64,000 nt of DNA from a virus (taxonomy: Duplodnaviria; Caudoviricetes): positions 20,195 to 84,194 of IMG/VR virus record IMGVR_UViG_3300027749_000080, one strand, 5' to 3'. Of this stretch, positions 27,705-38,800 are shown piece after piece (position 1 is the first letter of the stretch; every line of letters starts with the position of its first letter). Made by a program: the position numbers and the translations under genes. Under the pieces are notes generated by a model that ran no database searches, was not told the DNA's origin, and worked only from the letters and a program-made list of their open reading frames with translations.

Positions 27705-28809
27705 CAGTTGCTTGTTGTTTTACTAAGTTATGAATTTCTATAAATTTTTGAGCTAATTCAGTTTTAAAAGTGTGTGAATAGTCTTTTGTCTTTATGTAGC
27801 TTTTAAATATATCAATAACATTAAATTGATCTTCTGGATTAAAGTCAGTTGAGGTAGACTCATCGGTTACTTGATCAACGTATGTAAAAAATTCAACTTT
27901 CCTATGTGTTGATTTTGAAATAAGTTCTAAAAATCGAGTTACTGAGAATTTATTAACAAAATTTACGCTAATCATAATATCAACAAACGAATTATTTAAT
28001 TTTTCAATTACTTCATTTGCTGGCATTTCTAATAATTGAAATATATCAAATTTCTTATAGACTGGAGATTGAGTATTCTCAATGAACCTCTCAGTTAAGA
28101 CTTGAGAAGATACGTCTAATTGATAAAAACCTTTAGTATTATCACGATCTCCTCTGTCCATTTGATATGGTGTTCCAGTATAGAGAACATTTTTAAATTC
28201 TTGACGATGATGAATATGCCCGGCATAAACGCGTCTATAAGAAGATAGCATATCTACTTCAATTCCGTGTTCAACCTTTGTCCATTTATTAAAACTAAGC
28301 CCTTTAATATCTGCGTGGCAAACAATATATTCACATAAATCTTTATGATCAGTTATTATTTGGTTTAACCGATTAGTGTCTTCAACCCATGGTAACATTA
28401 AAAAGTTATGGGCTCCGTTAATCGTAATAATTTCAGGATTTTCAAATACATGAATATTATCAGCAATATGTGAGATTGCTTTTAACGAGTGAACTACATT
28501 TCTATCTTTATAGTAAACATCATGGTTTCCTATAATAATATAGATACCTCTTTTAAATTTCTCAGAAAGCTTCTTAAAGATAGTTAAGGCTTCATCATGC
28601 ACTCTAACATTAATTGATTCACGTGAATGAAATACGTCGCCTTCTAAAAATAACACATCTCGATCTTCATCAAAATCTTCATCTACTTTATTAATTAAAA
28701 AGTCCAATAGAAAATCCTTTTGTATTTGGATCCATTCGATTGAATTATTTTTAATACCTAAATGTAAATCACCAACTAGTGTTATTTTTCTGATATTTGT
28801 AAGCTTCAT
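27697..28809 (-). CDS. recombination nuclease (gp47/SbcD/Mre11)
   Basis: GDLHLG, GDVF, GNHD, GHIH motifs. Confidence 0.9.
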   Translation of the reverse strand: MKLTNIRKITLVGDLHLGIKNNSIEWIQIQKDFLLDFLINKVDEDFDEDRDVLFLEGDVFHSRESINVRVHDEALTIFKKLSEKFKRGIYIIIGNHDVYYKDRNVVHSLKAISHIADNIHVFENPEIITINGAHNFLMLPWVEDTNRLNQIITDHKDLCEYIVCHADIKGLSFNKWTKVEHGIEVDMLSSYRRVYAGHIHHRQEFKNVLYTGTPYQMDRGDRDNTKGFYQLDVSSQVLTERFIENTQSPVYKKFDIFQLLEMPANEVIEKLNNSFVDIMISVNFVNKFSVTRFLELISKSTHRKVEFFTYVDQVTDESTSTDFNPEDQFNVIDIFKSYIKTKDYSHTFKTELAQKFIEIHNLVKQQATDE

Positions 28810-28810
28810 T

Positions 28811-29482
28811 TTAAAATATTTTATAGTTCTTACCCATGCTATCTAAAAATCCGTATTTACTATTTAATTCAACTAATAAAAGCTCCTTATTTTCATAAGT
28901 TAGCATATCGAATATTTTTTTATATTCCATATTAAGAGTTGAAGAAATTGATTCAAGTACCTGGATTGGGCTAATGAATACGGTTGTATTTGTTCCAGCA
29001 CTCAACCCGTTTAAAATTATACCAAATATTTGGTTAATTTGTACTTTTGTAAATTTTTGCTTTTCAGGCTCATCACCTAGGATCTCCAGCAGTTCAGAGC
29101 AACCTTTGATAAAGTTGTATATGTCTCTTTGTACAATTGTATAGTCTACATGATCAGAATATCTGTCTGGATCGGACATTGAATGAGCAGCCGAACCACT
29201 TTCTAATTTAATAGCTGAACCTGAAGTTGGTGAATTATTATCGTCTTCGTCATTATGTTCGTATCCTAAATTATAAGTATTTCCAAAAATCTTATCATTT
29301 CTTTTTAGGTCAGAATAGGCAACCTTACGGCGTTCTAATTCTTCTTCGTCATATTCTCCTTCAATTAATCCATCTTCTTCAATAATGACGTCTTCATCGT
29401 CAAATTCTAAGGTATCGTCTTGTTCAACGGTTAAATCATTATCTAAATCTGAAAAATCGTCTGGGTGTTTTCTTGGTGCCAT
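28811..29482 (-). CDS. acidic hypothetical protein
   Basis: 223-aa ORF in the replication operon. Confidence 0.65.
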   Translation of the reverse strand: MAPRKHPDDFSDLDNDLTVEQDDTLEFDDEDVIIEEDGLIEGEYDEEELERRKVAYSDLKRNDKIFGNTYNLGYEHNDEDDNNSPTSGSAIKLESGSAAHSMSDPDRYSDHVDYTIVQRDIYNFIKGCSELLEILGDEPEKQKFTKVQINQIFGIILNGLSAGTNTTVFISPIQVLESISSTLNMEYKKIFDMLTYENKELLLVELNSKYGFLDSMGKNYKIF

Positions 29483-29498
29483 TTGGTTATGTGTATTT

Positions 29499-31034
29499 TT
29501 ATATCGAATTTAGCAAATCATCATAATCTGCAGAAGTTCGATGGGATTGGACTGGTACTGGCATAGCTAGTGCAACATCCATTGGTATTAAATTTTGAGG
29601 TAACGTTGTAGTATTAGTATGAGCAGTTTGGTATTGAGTTCTCATTTGATTTTCAAGAGATTGAGTATCATCGTCATCTGAATAAAATTCGCTAGCTGGA
29701 TCGTATTCTTCAGTTAGTTTAGCAAACTCATAACTCATTCTATACATTTTAAAACTTTCAGTATAGCCACCATCTCTATTTGCAATTAACTTAATCTTCA
29801 TACGCTTTTCCATAGGTCCACGAATTAGTCCAAATAGGGAATCTACTGTATGTACTAGACCGAATGATTCTGCAATATCTGACATGCTTAAGTCTTGATC
29901 ATCAACCGCATCTCGTTTAATTTGAGTTGCTGTAATAATGCACCATTCATTTCGGATTGCAACTGCTCTAAGTTCTTCAGAAATAACCTTGATCTTTTCA
30001 TAAGTATTGCCCTGTTCTCTAAGCGGTCTCATTAAGTTAATATAGTCAACTACAATTACGGTAAATTTAATTCCAGAATTTTGTTGAACTTTTAAAAAGT
30101 AGTTTTCTACATCAATTGCTGAGGCAGTTCCAGTAGGAAATTCCTTAACAATTAATTGGCCAAGTTGAGGCATATCTAACTTAAGCTTTTGTATTTTACT
30201 AGTAACTTCAGATACTTGATTATTATCAAGCATTGAATCATAGTCCTTAAATGGAATACTTAATATACTTGAGCCAAGCCTCTTCATGTATTTACGGTCA
30301 GATAATTCAAGAGTTCCTATGCCTACATGACAGCCTGCCATAAATGCTCTGGCTGCAATATTTGAAAGAACCATTGATTTACCTACTTTAGGTCTTCCTT
30401 GAAAAACTACTAATGTTTTTGGATTCCAACCTCCACCTAATGTTTTATCAAAGAATGGGAAGCCGGTTGGATTTCCAATTTTTGAAAGTTGAACGTGATC
30501 TATTGAAGTAAAAAAGTTTAGACCAGACTCTGCGCTTGTAAATGAAACATTTAATTTGCTATTGAATTTTTCTCTAACATCATTTGTAATTAATTCAACA
30601 TTCTCCGGATTAATATCGGTTGTCTTTAAATACGACAATACATCAATTACTGATGCATTTAAGTTTTTATAGAAAATAAAAGCCTTTGTATATTTAAAAA
30701 GAAACTCATAATTATAACTAGATAAGTCTACTTCAAATAGTGAATTAAATTTTTGTTCTGAAATATCTAGATTTGAAAGATTTGCAATTTGGCGTAATTC
30801 ATTTCGAGTTGGAATTTTAGAGTATTCAATGAACCATTTTTTAGCTTCACGATATAGTCTTTGTAAGGTATCATCGTTAAAGTAATGAGCTTTAATTAAA
30901 GGAATAACTTCGCGTTTGTCTAATGAGTCGAAGTTTTTAGGCTTAATGATTACATCATTGTCATCTTCGGTTAGAACAAAGTTAAAAATTATTTTTTCGA
31001 GAAGCTCAATGTTCTCTTTGAAATCTATCATCAT
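29499..31034 (-). CDS. replicative DNA helicase (gp41/DnaB-like)
   Basis: GRPKVGKS, VVDYINLM, TATQ, DIAESFG. Confidence 0.9.
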   Translation of the reverse strand: MMIDFKENIELLEKIIFNFVLTEDDNDVIIKPKNFDSLDKREVIPLIKAHYFNDDTLQRLYREAKKWFIEYSKIPTRNELRQIANLSNLDISEQKFNSLFEVDLSSYNYEFLFKYTKAFIFYKNLNASVIDVLSYLKTTDINPENVELITNDVREKFNSKLNVSFTSAESGLNFFTSIDHVQLSKIGNPTGFPFFDKTLGGGWNPKTLVVFQGRPKVGKSMVLSNIAARAFMAGCHVGIGTLELSDRKYMKRLGSSILSIPFKDYDSMLDNNQVSEVTSKIQKLKLDMPQLGQLIVKEFPTGTASAIDVENYFLKVQQNSGIKFTVIVVDYINLMRPLREQGNTYEKIKVISEELRAVAIRNEWCIITATQIKRDAVDDQDLSMSDIAESFGLVHTVDSLFGLIRGPMEKRMKIKLIANRDGGYTESFKMYRMSYEFAKLTEEYDPASEFYSDDDDTQSLENQMRTQYQTAHTNTTTLPQNLIPMDVALAMPVPVQSHRTSADYDDLLNSI

Positions 31035-31039
31035 ATTTT

Positions 31040-31378
31040 TTAGTTCGAAATTATATAAAATTTTAAAAATTCAGATTGATCAATTATTATAAATTCACCT
31101 TTCTTAATTAGGGTAGTGTCTTCTATTAAGTCTTTCATTAATAGTTTTAGTTTTTCTAAAAATTCAGCAGTTAATTTATCTCCAAATACATATTTTAAAG
31201 TCTTTGTTGAAAACTTAATATCTTCTGGGTCAAAATCTTTAGACTTGACTTGGGTAACTTTTACAATGTATGAAAGAATATCAAATATAAAGTCTTGCCT
31301 AGTCGGATAGCTAGGCAAGACTGTATGCGAATCTAGTAAATATTTAAGCGGAATATTTGGCTGTAATTTAAAGGTCAT
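31040..31378 (-). CDS. hypothetical protein
   Basis: 112-aa ORF between uvsX and helicase. Confidence 0.6.
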   Translation of the reverse strand: MTFKLQPNIPLKYLLDSHTVLPSYPTRQDFIFDILSYIVKVTQVKSKDFDPEDIKFSTKTLKYVFGDKLTAEFLEKLKLLMKDLIEDTTLIKKGEFIIIDQSEFLKFYIISN

Positions 31379-32558
31379 TGTCAGAATCAGTTAAATCTTC
31401 TAATTCATCTATTTCCATTTCGTCTATTCCATCTTGAGTTTCAGGAAATTTAAACTTAGGTTTAATGGTAGTCTCATCTAATTGAGTTAGCACTTCATGA
31501 GTAAATAGCCTAGCTGAGAAAAATTCTTTAACTGGAACCGCATCACCATTGTGTTTAATGATATATGTTTTTCCAAGTTTTTTTGGTAGAAAATAGAAAG
31601 TCTCTCCAGCCACTTCAAATTTTGAACATAATTCGGATTCATCTGGTTTTAGTTTAGAGAATTCCTTTTCAGTTAACTTATTACCTCTACCAACTCCACA
31701 TGTTTCCCAACTAACATACTGCTCAAGGCCGACAAATGGATTCATACCTTTATGGAATGAAATATGAAATTCAATATCAATCGGTCGAGCTAAACGATTC
31801 TTTTTAGTTTTAGAACGAACAATAATTCCAGTAGTGGTTTTAGCTTCATCGCGAAGAGTTCCTTTACTCAACATCAAAATAATTGATGCAGAGAATTCTG
31901 GACCGCCACCGCCGGACATACCCTTTGGAGTGTATTGATCCATTGAGGCATATGTGTGGTTTGTAAAAATAAATGGAACTTTATAATTTGAAAGATCCAA
32001 AGTTAATGATTTGAATAGTGACCTCATTTCTTTTGCACGAAGTCCCATATCTGCAGCATTTTTACCTGCATCCATATCGCGTTGACTCTTATCAGTATCA
32101 AGCATTCCTACTGAATCTACAAATAGTGCAATTTTAAGTCCTGGATTCTCCTTGATTGTGTCAATTAGATCATGAACATAGAATTTAACTTCACTAATAA
32201 GACCCATACGTAAATATTTTAATTTAGTTAGGTCTACTCCAAATTTAACATAGTCACTTGAATCAATTGCACCTTCGGTGTCAATATAAATTACCATGTA
32301 ATCCATTTTTTGTAATTCACGAACTGCATTTAAGCATAGGAATGTTTTACCTGAACCTGAATCTCCAGCAATTCCAATACTTCGAGTATTGGGATAACCT
32401 CCAAATAAGGATCCTGACATTTGTGCATTTAATAAGTAATTTCCAGTTGGAATGTACTCTTCAATATCAGAGAAGCCTCTGATTTCAATTTTTGATTTGA
32501 CTTTTTTCTCGAGCAAGTCGTTAAACTTGGCGAATGCGTCCATTGTTGATTTTGCCAT
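31368..32558 (-). CDS. uvsX: RecA/UvsX-like recombinase
   Basis: GDSGSGKT, YIDTEG, DSVG, TNHTY, SGGGG. Confidence 0.9.
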   Translation of the reverse strand: MAKSTMDAFAKFNDLLEKKVKSKIEIRGFSDIEEYIPTGNYLLNAQMSGSLFGGYPNTRSIGIAGDSGSGKTFLCLNAVRELQKMDYMVIYIDTEGAIDSSDYVKFGVDLTKLKYLRMGLISEVKFYVHDLIDTIKENPGLKIALFVDSVGMLDTDKSQRDMDAGKNAADMGLRAKEMRSLFKSLTLDLSNYKVPFIFTNHTYASMDQYTPKGMSGGGGPEFSASIILMLSKGTLRDEAKTTTGIIVRSKTKKNRLARPIDIEFHISFHKGMNPFVGLEQYVSWETCGVGRGNKLTEKEFSKLKPDESELCSKFEVAGETFYFLPKKLGKTYIIKHNGDAVPVKEFFSARLFTHEVLTQLDETTIKPKFKFPETQDGIDEMEIDELEDLTDSDNDL

Positions 32559-32583
32559 GTGTATAAAATTAATATTTTAATAT

Positions 32584-32612
32584 CTTTTACAAAGGATACT
32601 AAAATGGGTTTA
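32584..32612 (-). promoter_or_regulatory. putative early/middle promoter TAAAC-N18-TAAAAG
   Basis: Bipartite motif upstream of uvsX. Confidence 0.55.
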
Positions 32613-33179
32613 GTTAAAATATGAAGCTAGTAAAAAAGATCCAGATAGGATTGTTGTATCTGGAAAATCACCATTAACTACTTGATGAAATCCTATATTA
32701 ATGATTTTTGAATCGTCCTTTGTAAAATTATCTTTTGAAAGATTTCTGGTAAATTCAAATCCATCTTTTGCAGGTTTACCTAAATCAATTCCATAACAGT
32801 GCATGGTTAGAGTTATTGGAGAATTCATTGCAATATCTCCCAAATAAAATATTTGGTTCTCAGTTAAACCGAGTTGTTCAATATTTAAGCCAGCTTCTTC
32901 AACTAGCGCTCTACATACCGAATCATATGGAGTACGGTCTAGGTCTGAATTGACTTCGTCTATAATTAAGGTATGTGCAGTTTGACCATTTGCCTTATTT
33001 GAAAACTCAAGAGCATAAATTGACTTAATTGTATCCTCAGCCGTTTTAGTAAATGGTATTAAACAAATATATTCTGAATCAACTGATAAGTATTGAGCTG
33101 AGTGTTGATCACGGTTAACTGTTAATAAGTTAAATTTTCCTATTTTGCTAGGGGTTTCATTAGATACTTGATTATGCAT
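32610..33179 (-). CDS. Nudix-like protein
   Basis: Degenerate Nudix box RALVEEAGL. Confidence 0.5.
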   Translation of the reverse strand: MHNQVSNETPSKIGKFNLLTVNRDQHSAQYLSVDSEYICLIPFTKTAEDTIKSIYALEFSNKANGQTAHTLIIDEVNSDLDRTPYDSVCRALVEEAGLNIEQLGLTENQIFYLGDIAMNSPITLTMHCYGIDLGKPAKDGFEFTRNLSKDNFTKDDSKIINIGFHQVVNGDFPDTTILSGSFLLASYFN

Positions 33180-33837
33180 TAGCTGTAGATTTTTTAGTAG
33201 GTGTTGTACTCAACATTTTCTTCATAGTCTTTTTAATTGAGTCAGCAGTTACGTTATTATTTATATAGTCAGACAATTTTGTCAAAAACTCTTCTTTATT
33301 CTTAGAGTTTGAATACATCATCTTTAATAAATTTTTACTAGGTAATTTAATTTTAACAGAAAGAGCTAAATCCGTATCTTCTAGTGAAAACATACCGAAT
33401 AAGTCACCTGGATCAGTAGATACTTTAAGTTGAACCGGTTGAGGTGGTGGAGCTATTGGTTTTGGCGCAATAATTTCAGACCTAAATTCGGCTGGAATTT
33501 CTTCAGTTACTTTAAAATCTTCATTTAATGAAGGAATATAATTGATTGACTGAATTTCGGCCATTGACATTGGCTGTTGATCTTCAGAAATCATCATTAG
33601 GTCAGAAGAAACTCGGTCAGTATCAAGTTGAGTACCGTCTGATAGTACTGCCATAAATCTGCCATTCCTAGAAGGCAGGACATCTCTAACTTGGACTACT
33701 TTCCCTAGTTTAGTTTTATCATTGGTTTTTATCCATTGAAAGTCGTTTGATTGGAAGCTGCTTTTTATTGCAACTAAGGTATCAATATCGTAGTTATTCA
33801 TAATTATGTTTTTTATTTTTTTAAGCCACTTTTTCAC
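33172..33837 (-). CDS. hypothetical protein
   Basis: About 210-220-aa ORF; the true start may be the downstream Met. Confidence 0.6.
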   Translation of the reverse strand: MKKWLKKIKNIIMNNYDIDTLVAIKSSFQSNDFQWIKTNDKTKLGKVVQVRDVLPSRNGRFMAVLSDGTQLDTDRVSSDLMMISEDQQPMSMAEIQSINYIPSLNEDFKVTEEIPAEFRSEIIAPKPIAPPPQPVQLKVSTDPGDLFGMFSLEDTDLALSVKIKLPSKNLLKMMYSNSKNKEEFLTKLSDYINNNVTADSIKKTMKKMLSTTPTKKSTANA

Positions 33838-35203
33838 TTGACAATTGTTCTTCTAATTTTTTCATTTGATTCTTTGTATCTACTCGACCATTATATAATT
33901 TAGTAAGAATTGTTCGAGCAGCTGAATCCATTTTATTTGTGAAGACTGTATCGTTTTTTGTTAATATTTGGTCAGGTTGTAGTTCAATACCGGGTTTAAT
34001 TTTTCCCAAATACGCATCTGGCGAAATATTAAATTGAATTTGAATGTTTGGATACATTGAGGCAAAGTCAAAACATGAAACATACTTGTAATAGCCAGGT
34101 TCAGGTTTTGCAACATACGCTCCATCATAAGTTGCATCTTCTTCTAGGTCTCTTCTGTCATTTGCCATATAACGGCCTCTATCTAAAAACTCACGACACA
34201 TTAATGATTCAGTAATGAATACAGCGGAGAATACTTTTGAAACATCAACCTTTGCAAATTTTGAAATTGCAAATGCAACATCAAGTAGTCCAAGTTTATC
34301 TTCAATTAGCTTAATAAGAATGGTATCAATAATATTATACTTGATAAAGTTTTCAATATCTTGTTGGGCCTCCATCATGGTTGCATATTCACTATGAAGT
34401 TTAGTTGTTCCTAATACTAGGTTAGCAATATAATCTAATTTATAATTTTCAACTACTTTATAAGGTTTAGTATTCATGAATACTTCCATGTAATCTAAAA
34501 GACCTAAATGAACTGGCATTTTTGATTTACCAATTAAGGTTTTAGACGGCATTGTTTGCATTGGATCAATATCCAATTTTTTACAACGATTAATTAGATA
34601 AATCCAGTCAAATCCAATAACATTCCAACCAGTTAAGAATGGAATTTTTGGAAGAACTTTATGAAAGAACGTTTTCATTAACTCTTCTTCAGTTTCAAAG
34701 AAGAGATATTTAAGAGTAAAGGTTTGACCATGTGCTTTAAAGTAGTCATTCACTTCATCTTGCATTTGTAAAATTGGAGACTCTTCCAATTTCTTCATGG
34801 TTGACATTACAAAACAAACATTGTCCTCATTAACAAAAGTAATTAAATTAACTGGCATTGCTGCTTTTGCTGGATCAGGAAACTCTTGTGAAGTTAACTG
34901 AATCTCAATATCTAAATAATATTTTTTTGGACTGTCATCTGAATAAATTGAGGCAAGCTCAGTTTCATCTAATCTGGTTTGTGTTAATTCCTCAAGTCTA
35001 AATTTACTTAACCATTTACCTTGAACTTTTTTTAGGAACTTTCCATCCCAATTTCTGTGTTCAGTTGGGGTTGGAGTTAAGTTCCAATTATAAAGATCAT
35101 GAGGGAGTATTGGCTTTTTCATAAAGCCGATTGTACCATCCGGTTTATAATAAGAAATGACTAGAGTCGAGTCTTCTGTGTGAAATTCTGTGCTTACAAT
35201 CAT
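33821..35203 (-). CDS. family B DNA polymerase, N-terminal part only (exonuclease + motif A)
   Basis: DIEI, GWNVIGFD, YNIID exonuclease motifs; DFASMYPN; ends before the KxxxNSxYG and DTD motifs. Confidence 0.85.
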   Translation of the reverse strand: MIVSTEFHTEDSTLVISYYKPDGTIGFMKKPILPHDLYNWNLTPTPTEHRNWDGKFLKKVQGKWLSKFRLEELTQTRLDETELASIYSDDSPKKYYLDIEIQLTSQEFPDPAKAAMPVNLITFVNEDNVCFVMSTMKKLEESPILQMQDEVNDYFKAHGQTFTLKYLFFETEEELMKTFFHKVLPKIPFLTGWNVIGFDWIYLINRCKKLDIDPMQTMPSKTLIGKSKMPVHLGLLDYMEVFMNTKPYKVVENYKLDYIANLVLGTTKLHSEYATMMEAQQDIENFIKYNIIDTILIKLIEDKLGLLDVAFAISKFAKVDVSKVFSAVFITESLMCREFLDRGRYMANDRRDLEEDATYDGAYVAKPEPGYYKYVSCFDFASMYPNIQIQFNISPDAYLGKIKPGIELQPDQILTKNDTVFTNKMDSAARTILTKLYNGRVDTKNQMKKLEEQLSSEKVA

Positions 35204-35223
35204 ATTAGTTAATATACCAAAAA

Positions 35224-35661
35224 TTAATGGGTTCCAGTTGAACCAAACCCGCCTTCTCCACGTTCAGTTGTCTCAGAATAAAGCTCTTCAAATGGAACAT
35301 CCTCAATTATATCATAAAATACTGGAACAAGTACAAACTGGATCAATTTTTGACCTGGTGTTATGATTTGGGTTTCGGTTCCAACATTAATCACATGGAT
35401 ATGAATTTCTCCTTGATAATCTTCATCGCAGACTTCCGCACCTTTAATTAATAATTGTTTAGTTGCAACCCCGGACTTGTTAAAGGCAGTTAACATATAC
35501 CCAGTAGGAATGTCAGCTTTAATACCAGTTGGAATTAGTGCAGAGTTCCCAGGAAGTAATGCTAGTTCAGGATAATCATTTGGAACAAAAAAATCTATAC
35601 CTGCAGATTTAGAGGTTCCCCTGGTTGGGATCTTAACGTCCCGAATTCTTGAAATTTTCAT
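35224..35661 (-). CDS. dut: dUTPase (trimeric)
   Basis: SAGIDF, KSG, DEDYQGE, RGEGGFGSTG. Confidence 0.93.
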   Translation of the reverse strand: MKISRIRDVKIPTRGTSKSAGIDFFVPNDYPELALLPGNSALIPTGIKADIPTGYMLTAFNKSGVATKQLLIKGAEVCDEDYQGEIHIHVINVGTETQIITPGQKLIQFVLVPVFYDIIEDVPFEELYSETTERGEGGFGSTGTH

Positions 35662-35692
35662 TAAATATTGGTTTTATATAGTATTACTTGTT

Positions 35693-35720
35693 CTTTTACC
35701 CCCAAAGTGAAAAAAGTTTA
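35693..35720 (-). promoter_or_regulatory. putative early/middle promoter TAAAC-N17-TAAAAG
   Basis: Bipartite motif upstream of dut-polB. Confidence 0.6.
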
Positions 35721-35740
35721 ACTTTGGATACAATATTGCT

Positions 35741-35813
35741 GATAAATAACTTTATCAACTCGTAGACCGTTTTTAAATTTATGAATTTGGGACGAATGCG
35801 ATAAATAAATAAC
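35741..35813 (+). promoter_or_regulatory. tandem late promoters GATAAATAAC (35741) and GATAAATAAATAAC (35800)
   Basis: Upstream of the tail sheath gene. Confidence 0.65.
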
Positions 35814-35835
35814 TTCAAAATAATACGCAAAAGCG

Positions 35836-38800
35836 ATGGCAGAAAAATTAAATCTGAACAGATACAAGTCAAGCGGTGTCTACACAGTAGAAATTGATGA
35901 GAGTACTAACCTTTCATTACCTCTTTCAACTGGAAGATTGGTAATTGGCTCAAGTAAAAAAGGCCCAATCAATTCAGTAGTACTAGTTAATGACTTACGT
36001 ACATTATCAGCAGTATATGGTGATATTGACTCTAAATTAGAAAAAAATGGTAATTATTTTCATAGAACTATCGAAGTCGCATTAAGAAATGGACCAGTTT
36101 ATGCACTAAATTTATTGCCTATTGCTGATTCGGATGTTGCATATTTTACAACATTTAATACAGAAGCAGCTTCAAATAACTCAAGTTGGTCAGCAAGTTC
36201 TTACCAAAGCAGCATAGCTGATTTTTATAATACTCAAAAACTATGGTTTGCTGATGTTGACGCTGTTAACAAATATAAAAACTTAGCATTAGGCGATTCA
36301 TTCCCAGCAACTGGAACAGTAGATAAAGATGCAAACAAGCTGTTAAGCTTAGTTAACTTGTCTAAGAAACATGTTACCTCATGGGCTAGAATAGCTGATA
36401 CAACCGGATACGATATTAAAGTTAAGGAATATTATAAATTACTTGGAGATAAGGTTGAAGTTCCTGATTTCTTACACCCTGACGATTATGTTTCTGACTA
36501 TTTTGTAGAACTAGCAGTAGTTGAAGGAGACTGGTCAGATGCTCTTAGATTATCAAAAGACCCAATTTACCAACAGTACTTTAATGCAAGCGGTATCATT
36601 TTATCAAAGTTAAATGATTTCCTATCATTAAAAGAAGTTACCGTTGTTAACCGTACAATTGGAGCCATTATCCCAGACTTTAGAGACCTAGCTGGATCAC
36701 CAGCTGCATTAGATCATTTATTTAATAATAAGTTTTCTACTTCTGGAGTTTATTGTGCTCTTGACTACAAGAAAATTGATATGATCGATTTGCTAAACAA
36801 TCCAGTATTCGATGGTGGACCAGGTTCGCCAGAAAATGTTGAAACCCAAAGATTAGACCTAGTAGGTTACGGGTTTGATGAAATTGATGCTCAAGTTTAT
36901 TCAGTAGATACAGGTAACCCAGATTTATCAATTGAGCCAGTTAAATTAATTGATGTACTAAGTTACAAAAAAACTGCTGGTTACAAATATTATTTCAATA
37001 TTCCAACCACTTCACCTGATAACTACGATATTTTACCAGGCGCAGCACTTAGCCTTGGCGAAATGTATACGGTTAATCCAACTGGTTCTGACAATAATTA
37101 TATTATTGCAACAATCGGTAGTCCACTGTATAATGCATGGGCAAATGGATTTATTAAAACTGGAGATACTTTACTTACAGGATCTACTAGATACTTATCA
37201 ACTGATGGAGTAATTAAAACAGTTATGAATGGTATGGTTAAAGTTAGCTATATTGAATTTTATGCATATAGCGATTTAACTTATACTAACCAAGTTGATG
37301 CAGCTGCAATAACTAGTGGATCTAATAAGTATCTACATATTGTGTCATCTACTTCTACTGAATTTAATATTGATTTCGATTTAACTGACACTGACATATT
37401 TATGCCAGGCTTTAATTATTTTGCGCCTAACCAATTAGTAGTTACCCTAACTCCTACCCTTTATGGAAATCCAGCAAAGAAAGAAACGCCAAATGGAAAT
37501 GCTGCATATAATGCAGACCTAAGAGGTGATATTGACAACTTTATTAAAACTGGTCAATACGTTAAAGCTAGAGTACTTACAGACGGCAATGGTGACCCAG
37601 TTATTCGTGAACGTTTATTAAGGATTAAAACTGTGTATGCAAAAAAAGTAAGTGTTACTTATTTAGGAGATCCTACTAGCACGCTACAATATACAATTAC
37701 AGTAGATTCTCCATTAGATACAAATGTAACTGGAATTGATCTTACTGATTCAATATTAAAGGTATATAAAGGAATTAAAAATTATGTAACTGATCTTACT
37801 GGTTTTTATGTACCGGCAATGTCTCTTGATGAAACTGGTTTATATCCTAACGGAACATCTACTCGTCAAAATAAGATTCTTGACTATATGTTTGAGAATA
37901 CTAATATTGCATCAACTATTGCAGATAATGAGACCCTAAACTTCCGATATATTATCGATTCATTTGAAGGTCAAATTGCACCTGCTTCTAAACAGCAACT
38001 TGCACAGCTTGCAGCAAATCACGGAAAAGCACTAGCTATTTGTAATGCTCCATCTTTTGCTCAATATGAGAAATCAATTGACCCAAGCTTTATCGATTTT
38101 AACACTAACTTAGTATCAACTGAGTATATTTCAACTGGTGGTAATCTATCTTCAAATCCTGAATTTACATTTGGATTTGCAAGTGGAGATAAGAATGGTA
38201 TTGCAATTGCATCTTACGCTGCATATTTTATGCCTAACCTAGTAATATTTGACAATGGTAGAAGTAAATCAGTTCCACCTGCTGCATATATTGCAAATAC
38301 GTATATGAAAAAATATACAGGCGGAAATACTTTCTCAATTGTTGCAGGTAAGCGCGGTATTATTACTGAGCCAGAAGTAACTGGACTAGAGTATGACTTA
38401 ACTAATGACGACCGAGATTATTTAGAACCAGTAGGTTTTAATATGATCGTTAGACGTAGAGGTTTCGGAGTAATGATTTTCTCAAATAACACAGGTTATC
38501 AAAGAGTAAAATCTGCACTTAATAACATCCACGTTAGAGAGGCATTAGTAACAATTGAAAGAGATATTGAAAGAATCTTATTGAATTATCTCTTTGAATT
38601 TAACGATCCAACTACTAGACTAAGAGTTAAAACACTAGTTAAAAACTACTTAGAAGCAGTTCAAGATGCTAGAGGTATTGCAACATTTGATGTAATATTT
38701 GATGATTCAAATAACGGTTCTGAGGTTCTTGAAAATAATGCTGGTGTAATTGATATTATTGTTGATTTCCCAAGAGGTATTCAAAAGTTTATCAACCGTA

